A stretch of DNA of 32,000 nt from Roseiflexus castenholzii DSM 13941. Lineage in GTDB: Bacteria > Chloroflexota > Chloroflexia > Chloroflexales > Roseiflexaceae. Shown one piece after another: positions 1-7,821 of this stretch. Where the stretch lies: positions 4,287,184 to 4,319,183 of the forward strand of contig NC_009767.1 in the NCBI RefSeq assembly GCF_000017805.1, in the 5' to 3' direction. The first letter of the stretch is position 1. Every line of letters begins with the position of its first letter. The notes below the pieces were generated by a model. That model worked only from the letters and a program-made list of their open reading frames with translations, was not told where the DNA came from and did no database searches. The position numbers and the translations under genes were made by a program.

Positions 1-2
1 AG

Positions 3-206
3 CGCGGCATAGTGCTCAGCGGCAAGATTCCACACTGGTTGACCGTCGGCGCGGCGCTTGCCTACCGCCATCATCCGTGGCTGGCAATCGTCCAGGCGCA
101 GGAATACACGAACGGCATTGTCGTCACAAGCAGGGTGCAGGAGCATCGTCCGGGATCGCTGGTTGCGCTTCGGGGCAACTGGAATCCAGAGCATCGTTCG
201 GGGTAA
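3..206 (+). CDS. 3' end of an unidentified CDS entering from the left edge (stop TAA 204-206)
   Basis: Frame 3 is open from base 3. Third positions are G/C-rich like neighbouring genes. ORF-track entry 12..206 is in the same frame. No recognisable motif. Confidence 0.3.
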   Translation, partial: RGIVLSGKIPHWLTVGAALAYRHHPWLAIVQAQEYTNGIVVTSRVQEHRPGSLVALRGNWNPEHRSG

Positions 207-413
207 TCAGATGAAGACCGCTCTGGCACAGCGTCGCAATTATACACGAGGTCGCGCAATGGGACAAGGTTCGAGCCATGATAGCAATGCGTTGCACCGT
301 CTGACCGTCGATCAACCGGATAACCGATGTCCTCCTCGGCGCACACGTCACATTTGCGACAATAACGTATGGTAAGGTAGAAGAGACGAAAGAGCAGGTG
401 CGCCCGTGGTGGT

Positions 414-446
414 CGGCAGAGGCCCCACGGAAGGGCGCCTCTGCCG
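414..446 (+). other. Strong GC hairpin upstream of the cas operon (CGGCAGAGGC / GCCTCTGCCG, 13-nt loop)
   Basis: The 10-bp perfect inverted repeat 414-423 / 437-446 was read directly. It lies 70 nt upstream of the cas8 start and has no following U-tract. Confidence 0.5.
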
Positions 447-516
447 GGCGCGCGCCCACAGATGAAATCAAAGCGCCAACGAGGTCTTATCTTCATGCTA
501 AAAAGGAGATAACACC

Positions 517-2022
517 ATGCCAAACCCGATAGCGTACACCGGCCATCCCTTCATCGATGTCGGCTTTGCCACGATGTGCGCTTTGACCTGCAAGCGTCGC
601 TTTGCCGATCTGACAGCAGATGATTTTCAAAAGGTCGTCGATTATATCGAGACCAACTACGTGCGCCAGCCGTTGCGCAGTTTTCTAACGGTGGCGTTCA
701 CCAGCAATGCATGGTTCGCCCAATCGGCGTTCAACCCTGATCGGTTTGATGACCCTAACAAGAAGAACGAAGCGCAGCAGAAACGCACGTATTGGGCGGA
801 TCGACACCTGCGCCAGTGGGCGCAGGCTGCTGAGTCGCTCGAAACCTGCCTCTTCACCGGACTTCCGGCAGCGGCGCTCGAGTTGTCGGGCAAACTGCAA
901 CCAGGTCGGGTTGGGCGGGCGCAAATGCCCCTGTTGCAGGGTGATGACTCGATCAACTTCTTCACCAACGGAGATCCAGGATTGCCGATGGCGCCGGAGG
1001 CGATTCTGGCGCTCCAGGCGATGCCGTTGGGCTGCGCCAAGGTTGGCGGCGGGCTGCTGGCGGTGCACTGTGATGATGAAGCATTGACAATTGAGTTTGC
1101 CGGGCAGTTTTTGCAGCGTAATCTCGCCGATGTCACCAAAGCGCAGGCAGCCGGTGAAGAGAAGCTGCCCGGATCACCGCGTAGCTTGAAGACGTTGTTG
1201 ATCGAAACGCTCAATGCCATTCAAACGCGGCAGGCGCAGGAGGAGTGGCGGCGCCAACACCGGCCGGCCATCACGGCCTACTATTTCAACAATAGTCAAT
1301 CGCCCTCGCTCGAAATCTACTACTTGCCATTACAGATCACCGGTTTTCTGAGCGCTGTTCACACTCCCACGTATCGCGCGCTCTGGAATGAACTGGTCGC
1401 GCGCAGCTGGCAGCGCCCGGCAGCGGCGGGCAAGCGAGGAAAGGCGACGGAACCAACAGAGCCGCGCTTCAATTATCTGTTCGAAGACCTCTTTACCCTG
1501 CCAGCGCAGGCGGCGCGCTTTGTGCGCACCTATTTTCTGCGCATTCCCGATCTGCGTCGTCCGGCGGATGACCCGCGGCGCGCCTATTCGCCACGCCGCG
1601 AAGTCGATCTTGTTTCATGGACCCTCGTTGAACTCTTTGTGCAGGAGGTAATGCTGATGACCGATGACCGGGTAGCCAAATTGAAGGAACTGGGCGATAA
1701 ACTGGCCGACTATACGCGCGCTCAGGGCGGCAAACGCTTCTTTCGCCAGTTCTTTACCGTGCAGCGCACCGATCACTTCCTGTCGCTGCTCAACAAGACC
1801 AATATCGATTATACGCGCTACAAGGGCGGCGCGGAGACGCTGTTCGATCTCGATAGCTTTCTCACCCTCTTTATGGAAGGTGAAGAGGTCCTGCGATCCG
1901 ACTGGCGATTGATCCGCGATCTGGTGCTCATCCGCATGGTCGAGCAATTGCGCGACTGGATCGCTAACAACGCGGATGCTGTACCTTCCGAGGAGGAAGT
2001 TACAATTGCCGAACCAGCCTGA
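517..2022 (+). CDS. cas8: Type I large subunit, Cas8b/Cst1-like (501 aa)
   Basis: It is the first gene of the operon, with RBS AAGGAG at 503-508. It sits directly upstream of cas7-cas5, where large subunits are found. The N-terminus (MPNPIAYTGHPFIDVGFATMC) resembles Cst1-type proteins from memory only. There is no catalytic motif to anchor the call. Confidence 0.6.
   Translation: MPNPIAYTGHPFIDVGFATMCALTCKRRFADLTADDFQKVVDYIETNYVRQPLRSFLTVAFTSNAWFAQSAFNPDRFDDPNKKNEAQQKRTYWADRHLRQWAQAAESLETCLFTGLPAAALELSGKLQPGRVGRAQMPLLQGDDSINFFTNGDPGLPMAPEAILALQAMPLGCAKVGGGLLAVHCDDEALTIEFAGQFLQRNLADVTKAQAAGEEKLPGSPRSLKTLLIETLNAIQTRQAQEEWRRQHRPAITAYYFNNSQSPSLEIYYLPLQITGFLSAVHTPTYRALWNELVARSWQRPAAAGKRGKATEPTEPRFNYLFEDLFTLPAQAARFVRTYFLRIPDLRRPADDPRRAYSPRREVDLVSWTLVELFVQEVMLMTDDRVAKLKELGDKLADYTRAQGGKRFFRQFFTVQRTDHFLSLLNKTNIDYTRYKGGAETLFDLDSFLTLFMEGEEVLRSDWRLIRDLVLIRMVEQLRDWIANNADAVPSEEEVTIAEPA
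1651..2022 (+). CDS. cas11: Candidate Cas11 small subunit made by internal in-frame initiation within cas8 (123 aa)
   Basis: A perfect AGGAGG (1643-1648) lies 2 nt upstream of the in-frame ATG at 1651 (a second in-frame ATG is at 1657). The product MLMTDDRVAKLKELGDKLADYTRAQGGKRFF... has the size expected of Cas11 and looks helical. No separate cas11 gene is present in the locus. Confidence 0.45.
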   Translation: MLMTDDRVAKLKELGDKLADYTRAQGGKRFFRQFFTVQRTDHFLSLLNKTNIDYTRYKGGAETLFDLDSFLTLFMEGEEVLRSDWRLIRDLVLIRMVEQLRDWIANNADAVPSEEEVTIAEPA

Positions 2023-2110
2023 CGTTTGCACTCGACCAACCCATCGTCTGCTGACGTGACCCTTCGGTTGCCGAACCAGCCCGACATTTCAACATAAGGA
2101 GAACACTGCC

Positions 2111-3202
2111 ATGGCTTTCGTTACCGGTCTGCTCTTGATCGACGCGCCAGCGTCGGCGCTCAACAATCTCGGCAATATTCCCGGCGAGCGTGAGGAGAAC
2201 ACCGTCGGGGTCAAGGTCATCACGACCAAAGCGGGCGCCTTCCCGTATGTCTCGGCGCAGGCTTTCCGCTACTGGCTGCGCACCACGCTCGAACGGCGCG
2301 TGCCGGCATGGAAAGCGTCGCCAATGTTCCGTGAAGAGAAGATTGCGTACACCGATGCAAACCCAATTCTCTATTGGGATGATGACATCTTTGGTTACAT
2401 GCGCGCACCGGGAAAATCGGATACCGCCAAAAAGAGTCGTGAGCAGATGACAACGCTCGATGAGGCGACGCCGGTGACAGACACGATCACGCGGGCGTCG
2501 CCCTTCCGGGTCAGCACGCTGGTGTCGATTGCGCCGGTTAATCTCACGAACGATTTCGGCGTGATGTCGCGCCACGAGGGGAATCCGGTGCCGCATGAGC
2601 ACCAGTTCTACCGAACAACCTTGAAGGGTCTCTTCTCACTCGATCTGTGGGCATGCGGCACCTTCTCGTATCTCAACCGTACCGGTTTTCGCAATCTCGA
2701 TGACGAGCGACTCAAGCTGATCCGCGACTATCCCGGTGCCGAGCATTTAGAGGCAGAGAAGTCGTACCGCTTGCCCAAAGCGGAGCGGCTGGCGCGGGTG
2801 AAGGCGCTGTTTAGCGGGATGGCGCAACTTGAGGGTGGAGCGAAGCAGACGTTGCACTATACCGATGTCAGCCCGGCGCTGGTGATCTTCGCCGTGACCA
2901 ACGGTGGCAATCATATTTTCCATCATACGGTGGGGGCCAATCGCAATGGTCTGCCAGAGGTCAAGATCGACGCCCTGCGTGAGGCGTTGCGTGTGTTTGC
3001 CGATGGTATCCGCTCACCGGTGTACGTGGGATGGGTGAAAGGCTACCTCGACGAGGCGCGGGCCGGTTTTGAGCAGTTTGTCGCCGAGCACAATGCGACC
3101 GCCGCCGACGCCAGATTGCCGTCGATTCACCTGAGCCATCCACGGGAGGCGTTCACCGCCTTTGTGAAGTCGTTTGATCAGCACCCCGAATGGATGGATT
3201 AG
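2111..3202 (+). CDS. cas7: Cas7 backbone subunit, DevR/Cst2-like (363 aa)
   Basis: RBS AAGGAG at 2096-2101. The N-terminal LLIDAPASALNNLG and YVSAQAFRYWLR motifs match the DevR/Cst2-type Cas7 pattern. Position is between the large subunit and cas5. Confidence 0.8.
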   Translation: MAFVTGLLLIDAPASALNNLGNIPGEREENTVGVKVITTKAGAFPYVSAQAFRYWLRTTLERRVPAWKASPMFREEKIAYTDANPILYWDDDIFGYMRAPGKSDTAKKSREQMTTLDEATPVTDTITRASPFRVSTLVSIAPVNLTNDFGVMSRHEGNPVPHEHQFYRTTLKGLFSLDLWACGTFSYLNRTGFRNLDDERLKLIRDYPGAEHLEAEKSYRLPKAERLARVKALFSGMAQLEGGAKQTLHYTDVSPALVIFAVTNGGNHIFHHTVGANRNGLPEVKIDALREALRVFADGIRSPVYVGWVKGYLDEARAGFEQFVAEHNATAADARLPSIHLSHPREAFTAFVKSFDQHPEWMD

Positions 3203-3211
3203 GAGGCGGGC

Positions 3212-3949
3212 ATGCAGGCGCTGAAGATCGTGCTCGAAGGAGTGACGACCTCCTTCCGCTACCCGCACTTTATGCTGGGGGTGCAGCCCAGTTTCCCGTT
3301 GCCGCCCCCGGCCACGATCTATGGGCACGTGTGCAGCGCGCTGGGCGACTGGGTCGAACCGGAAGGGCTGGCATTCGCCTACCATTTCACGGCTGCCGGC
3401 GAGGGTGAGGACCTGGAGCACATCCATGTGCTCTCGGCGGCATCGGGCAAATTGCCCGGCGGCGAGCGCAAGGCGCTGGAAGGGAATGTCAATCCCTTCC
3501 GGCGTCGTATCCTGCTCTTTCCGCAACTGACGCTCTATCTCAACCGGCCCGACTGGATCGACGCTTTTCGCGCGCCGCGCTACCCGGTTATCCTGGGACG
3601 CTCGCAGGACCTCGCCGGCTACACGCGGATCGAGGTGGTCGATCTGAAACAGACGGAGCATGTCTATTTTGAGCATACCCTCCTGCCCTATACAATGGCG
3701 ACGCAGATCCCGGCCGGCATCGTGACGTTGATGCCGCGCTGGATCGATTACCGCAACCGTCGCCGACCGGTGTTTGCCCGTTATCTGATCGTGCAGCAAC
3801 GGGTGACGACGGCGCAGATGCTGCGTTTTGACGATCAGACGTCGCTCTACTGGAGCGATCCGACTGCGCCATCGGCGGGTGGTGTGCCGTTGGGATTGTG
3901 GTTTCACACGTTTGTGGGAGCAAATGATGAAGCCCTCGCCATGGCCTGA
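3212..3949 (+). CDS. cas5: Cas5 (245 aa)
   Basis: RBS AGGAGG at 3201-3206. The N-terminus LEGVTTSFRYPHFMLGVQPSFPLPPPATIYGHVCSALG fits the Cas5 signature (FR.P....... S.P.PPPST.G...). It follows cas7. Confidence 0.85.
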   Translation: MQALKIVLEGVTTSFRYPHFMLGVQPSFPLPPPATIYGHVCSALGDWVEPEGLAFAYHFTAAGEGEDLEHIHVLSAASGKLPGGERKALEGNVNPFRRRILLFPQLTLYLNRPDWIDAFRAPRYPVILGRSQDLAGYTRIEVVDLKQTEHVYFEHTLLPYTMATQIPAGIVTLMPRWIDYRNRRRPVFARYLIVQQRVTTAQMLRFDDQTSLYWSDPTAPSAGGVPLGLWFHTFVGANDEALAMA

Positions 3950-6266
3950 TTGGATGGACCATATCCTGGCGAAGAGTCAGCAGTACGGCGGTGAGACGCT
4001 GGCAGCACACACGTGGGATGTGCTGGTCAAATTGTCCGATCTGTACCGACTGCGCCCACGCCTCGACAATGGTTCGCAACTCTGGCACTGCCTCTACTGG
4101 GCGGCGTTTCTGCACGATTTTGGCAAAGCAGCGCGCGGATTCCAGCAGCGGCTGCGTGGTGGACAAGCCTGGTCCCATCGCCACGAGGTGCTGTCGCTGG
4201 CGTTTGTGGATACCATCGCCGACGGCTTTACCCCGGAGGAGCAACGCTGGTTGGTCGCGGCAATCGTCTCCCATCACCGCGATGAGCCGGAGATTGCGGA
4301 GACCTATCCACCGGGTCTGCGCCGCGATCCGCTGGTTGATCTGTGCAACGAACTCGAACCACAAGTGATCGATCATCTTCAACGCTGGCTGACGGAATGC
4401 GCCAACCCCTGGCGTGAGGCGTTGGGGTTAGCTGAGGTGGTGGGGAAGATTACACCGCAATCGGTGACGGTCAACCCCAAACGGGTACGCTACTGGTTGC
4501 AGGTCTATCACGATTGGGTTGCGGCGAACGATCCTGCAGCGCGGGTACCCGGTATCTTGCTGCGTGGCTTGATCACCACCGCCGATCATATGGCTTCAGC
4601 GCATCTGCATCGTGTGCCACCACCGATCACCGAACCGTGGTCGGCATTGGCCAAACGTCTCTTGTCGCAGGGACAGCAGGTCTACGACCACCAACAGCAA
4701 AGTGGCGAGATGAAAGGACAATCGGCGCTGCTCATGGCCCCAACCGGCAGTGGCAAAACCGAAGCCGCACTCTATTGGGCACTCGGTGATGGCGCCGCAC
4801 CTCCGGCGCGCATCTTTTACACTCTGCCCTATCAGGCGAGCATGAATGCAATGTACGACCGATTGCGGCAGAACTTTGGCGATGAGCTGGTCGGATTGCA
4901 GCATGGCCGGGCAGCGCAGGCGCTCTACGCCCGCTTCCGCGAGGGTGAGGAATGGTCGGCAGCGGCGCGGCGCGTGCAGTGGGAGAAAAACCTGAACATC
5001 CTGCATGCTCGCCCGCTCAAGGTGCTCAGTCCATACCAACTCCTCAAAGCCCTCTTCCAACTGCGTGGGTTTGAAGCCATGCTCACCGATTATGCGCAGG
5101 CGGCATTTGTGTTTGATGAGATTCACGCTTACGAACCGGAACGTCTAGCCCTGATTACCGGTCTGATGCGGTATCTACGCGAGCAGTTCGCTGCACGTTT
5201 CTTTGTGATGTCGGCTACATTTCCCCAGCTTATTCGCAAACAGTTAACGGTGGCACTTGGTGACGTTCCGGTGATCCAGGCTTGCCCGGAGATCTTTACC
5301 CACTTTCGTCGTCACCAACTATTCCTATGCGACGGCGAATTGATCGACCCGACTACCATCGCCGCGATTGTTGCTGAAGTGCAGGCGGGCCGGCAAGTGT
5401 TGGTCTGCGCGAATACGGTGGCGCGAGCGCAAGCGCTGCGCGATCAGCTCGCGCAAGCCGGTCTCACCGATGATCAACTACTCTTGATCCATAGCCGCTT
5501 CACCTATGGCGACCGCAGCCGCATCGAGCAAGACATCCGCGCGCGCTGCGGTAGTAATGTCACGCCACGACCGCCGCTGGCGCTCGTGGCGACGCAGGTG
5601 GTTGAGGTGAGTCTCGACATCGATCTCGACACGATCTACACCGATCCGGCGCCGCTTGAAGCGCTTCTGCAACGCTTCGGGCGGGTCAACCGCAAAGGCG
5701 CAAAAGGCATCTGCCCGGTCTACGTTTTTCGCCAGCCCACCGACGGGCAGGGCGTCTACGGGCGCGACCGCGACCCGCAACAGGCGGGCCACATCGTGCG
5801 CGTTACGCTTGCCGAACTGGAACAGCATAACCGTGAAATCATCGACGAAGCGGCAATCAACCAGTGGCTCGACAACATCTATGCCGATCCCGTGCTCAGC
5901 CAGCAATGGACGGAAGCCTACCAACGGATGGCGCAGCAGGTCGAGCTGATCATCAACGGGTTACGCCCATTCCAGAGCGACGAACAGCGTGAAGATGATT
6001 TCGAGCAAATGTTTGATGGGGTTGAGGTCGTGCCACAGTGTTTTGAACAGGCATACGTTGATTGTCTGGTTCAGGAACGGTTTATTGAAGCGAATGACTA
6101 CCTGGTCAGCATCAGCAAACAGCGTTTTGCCATCCTGCGCAATCAGGGCAAAATCAGACCGGCAGAAGAAGTCGGGCAGCGACGAGTGTGGGTAGCGCTC
6201 CTTCCCTACGACTCGCGCAATGGTTTGTCATTTGGCGACACGACGTATGATCCAGACTGGAGTTGA
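3924..6266 (+). CDS. cas3: Cas3 HD nuclease / SF2 helicase fusion (about 780 aa)
   Basis: HD domain motifs LHDFGK, SHRHE and SHHRD. Walker A APTGSGKTEA and DEIH box (VFDEIHAY). The likely start is ATG 3924 (MMKPSPW), which overlaps the cas5 end by 26 nt. The track start at 3828 lies inside cas5 and is unlikely. Confidence 0.9.
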   Translation: MMKPSPWPDWMDHILAKSQQYGGETLAAHTWDVLVKLSDLYRLRPRLDNGSQLWHCLYWAAFLHDFGKAARGFQQRLRGGQAWSHRHEVLSLAFVDTIADGFTPEEQRWLVAAIVSHHRDEPEIAETYPPGLRRDPLVDLCNELEPQVIDHLQRWLTECANPWREALGLAEVVGKITPQSVTVNPKRVRYWLQVYHDWVAANDPAARVPGILLRGLITTADHMASAHLHRVPPPITEPWSALAKRLLSQGQQVYDHQQQSGEMKGQSALLMAPTGSGKTEAALYWALGDGAAPPARIFYTLPYQASMNAMYDRLRQNFGDELVGLQHGRAAQALYARFREGEEWSAAARRVQWEKNLNILHARPLKVLSPYQLLKALFQLRGFEAMLTDYAQAAFVFDEIHAYEPERLALITGLMRYLREQFAARFFVMSATFPQLIRKQLTVALGDVPVIQACPEIFTHFRRHQLFLCDGELIDPTTIAAIVAEVQAGRQVLVCANTVARAQALRDQLAQAGLTDDQLLLIHSRFTYGDRSRIEQDIRARCGSNVTPRPPLALVATQVVEVSLDIDLDTIYTDPAPLEALLQRFGRVNRKGAKGICPVYVFRQPTDGQGVYGRDRDPQQAGHIVRVTLAELEQHNREIIDEAAINQWLDNIYADPVLSQQWTEAYQRMAQQVELIINGLRPFQSDEQREDDFEQMFDGVEVVPQCFEQAYVDCLVQERFIEANDYLVSISKQRFAILRNQGKIRPAEEVGQRRVWVALLPYDSRNGLSFGDTTYDPDWS

Positions 6267-6269
6267 AGT

Positions 6270-7229
6270 GTGATGCTCACAGTTCACCACCTCCTCCTGG
6301 CCTTCACCGCCGTCACGCCCCTCGAACTCGACGACAACGCCGGGGCTGCCGTGCGCGGCGCGATCGTCAATGCGCTCTTGAACCGCTTCTGCGCCAACAA
6401 AGCAGCGCCGACCTGCGCCGACTGCCCGCTTCTCACAGTCTGCCCGGTGGCGGCGCTCGTCGCGCCCATGCGCGACGCCGGTGAAACCGGCGGCGAGCAA
6501 CGCCCGCGCCCCTACGTCACCCGCCCGCCACAACCGCGCCGCTATGCGCCGGGGGAAACCCTGACCTTCGGGCTGGGGCTGTTCGGGCACGCCGCCGATC
6601 TCTTTCCCTACCTCGTCATGGCGGCGCAGGGGATCGAAGTTCAGGGGCTGGGACGGCGCCTCCAGGAAAACAATGGACGGCGCGGCGCGGTGCGCCTCGC
6701 CGCCATCGATGCTTTCAATCCCCTGACCGGCGCAAAGCAGTCACTCTTCCGCGCCGGTCAACGCCAGGTTCAGGCGCCCGGCATTCCTATCGGTCCGGCA
6801 GAAGTCGCAGCGTTCGCCGCCAATCTCCCGACCGACCGCCTGACCCTGCGGTTCCTGTCGCCCATGCGCCTGATCGACGGCGGTCGCCTGGTGAAACGTC
6901 CGGCGCTGCGTCCGCTCGTTCAACGGCTCGGCATTCGCCTGACCGACCTCTCCACTGCGTATGGCGATGGTCCGCTCCCTGTGGCCGACGCGCGTTCCCT
7001 CTTACCATTGGCGGAAGGCGCCACCCTTGCGCGCGACACAACCAGATGGATCGATGTGATCAGCCATTCACGACGCACCGGTGAACGCACCCCGATCGGC
7101 GGCTTCATCGGCGACGCCGTTTTCACCGGCGACCTTGGACCCCTGCGTGAACTCCTCGTCTGGGGCAGCCTAGTCCACGTCGGCAAAAACGCCGTCAAAG
7201 GCGACGGATGGTACAACGTTGAATCTTGA
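6270..7229 (+). CDS. cas6: Cas6-family RAMP endoribonuclease (319 aa; GTG 6270 or ATG 6273)
   Basis: The C-terminal glycine-rich loop VHVGKNAVKGDGWYNV is typical of Cas6. There is an N-terminal CxxC...C cluster (CADCPLLTVCP). It starts 4 nt after the cas3 stop, and no other Cas6 candidate exists in the locus. Confidence 0.65.
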   Translation: MMLTVHHLLLAFTAVTPLELDDNAGAAVRGAIVNALLNRFCANKAAPTCADCPLLTVCPVAALVAPMRDAGETGGEQRPRPYVTRPPQPRRYAPGETLTFGLGLFGHAADLFPYLVMAAQGIEVQGLGRRLQENNGRRGAVRLAAIDAFNPLTGAKQSLFRAGQRQVQAPGIPIGPAEVAAFAANLPTDRLTLRFLSPMRLIDGGRLVKRPALRPLVQRLGIRLTDLSTAYGDGPLPVADARSLLPLAEGATLARDTTRWIDVISHSRRTGERTPIGGFIGDAVFTGDLGPLRELLVWGSLVHVGKNAVKGDGWYNVES

Positions 7230-7248
7230 ACATCGGGCGTGACCCGCA

Positions 7249-7271
7249 GAGACGTTGCATCGCAACGTCTC
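7249..7271 (+). other. Perfect 10-bp hairpin 20 nt after the cas6 stop (GAGACGTTGC-atc-GCAACGTCTC)
   Basis: Inverted repeat read directly. There is no U-tract, so it is not a canonical intrinsic terminator. Confidence 0.5.
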
Positions 7272-7506
7272 ACGGTTGAAGGTGAGAGTCCCCGACCCGT
7301 GAGGTCTCCACCGTTGACTGAGGTCTATCACGCAACCTCTCCAACGGAACAACTGATACCAATGACGATTGACGATGTCGCATGCGTGTCATTCCGAGCG
7401 CAGCACGGAATCGGCGCGGGTCGCGCACGACCCCTCGCGCTGCTCGGGGTGACCATGCCGGATGGTCACAGGTACTTGGTATGACGCTCCCAGTGTGGAC
7501 GTATGC

Positions 7507-7551
7507 GACCTCAAGGGTCTTGACGGAAGAAGGACCCTGACCCTTGAGGTC
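7507..7551 (+). other. 13-bp stem hairpin (GACCTCAAGGGTC ... GACCCTTGAGGTC, 19-nt loop)
   Basis: Perfect inverted repeat 7507-7519 / 7539-7551, immediately upstream of the mini-array. Confidence 0.5.
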
Positions 7552-7571
7552 TGCGCCACGGACCAGCGACT

Positions 7572-7680
7572 GGAACCGCGTCTCGCTGGCGCAAGCGAAA
7601 GGCGCAAATTCCGGGTGATAGGTGTATCGTGCGACGTACATGAGGAACCGCGTCTCGCTGGCGCAAGCGAAAGGCGCAAA
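7572..7680 (+). repeat. CRISPR-like mini-array: two identical 37-nt repeats (GGAACCGCGTCTCGCTGGCGCAAGCGAAAGGCGCAAA) flanking one unique 35-nt spacer
   Basis: Copies at 7572-7608 and 7644-7680 are 37/37 identical. The intervening 35 nt (7609-7643, TTCCGGGTGATAGGTGTATCGTGCGACGTACATGA) and both outer flanks are unrelated. The geometry matches the main array (37-nt repeat, 34-37-nt spacers). Each repeat has a 5-bp stem with a 6-nt loop (TCGCT-GGCGCA-AGCGA) followed by an A-rich tail. Confidence 0.6.
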
Positions 7681-7777
7681 GGCTTCGGCTGAACAGGCAA
7701 ACCCGAAAGGTTTGTGGAGTGCGTCTCTCCGTGCTCCCTGTGTCTCTGTGGTGTACACACGGTTGCAGGTGTTACGT

Positions 7778-7805
7778 GGTTCTCGGTTCTCAGTTCTCAA
7801 TTCTC
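7778..7805 (+). repeat. Four tandem heptamers GGTTCTC GGTTCTC AGTTCTC AATTCTC directly upstream of the cas1 RBS
   Basis: Read directly. It ends 3 nt before AAGGAG (7809-7814). Confidence 0.7.
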
Positions 7806-7821
7806 ACAAAGGAGACAGTTC

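Noticed and set aside
58-523. ORFs 58..375 (+), 71..523 (-) and 124..471 (-) upstream of cas8, including a possible 55-aa basic peptide from ATG 211
   Set aside because: They are mutually overlapping, have no clear RBS, and give Arg/Cys-rich low-complexity products. The region is better explained as the intergenic and promoter region of the cas operon.
3828-3923. Upstream extension of cas3 to the track start at 3828
   Set aside because: The extension lies wholly inside cas5 in another frame and encodes an Arg-rich tail. ATG 3924 gives a sensible N-terminus just upstream of the HD domain.
7239-7800. ORFs 7239..7484 (+, 81 aa), 7270..7800 (-, 176 aa), 7389..7760 (-) and 7462..7692 (+) in the cas6-cas1 gap
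   Set aside because: They have no Shine-Dalgarno and give Arg/Ser/Pro-rich junk-like products. They run straight through perfect hairpins and the mini-array repeats, and they overlap each other in several frames.
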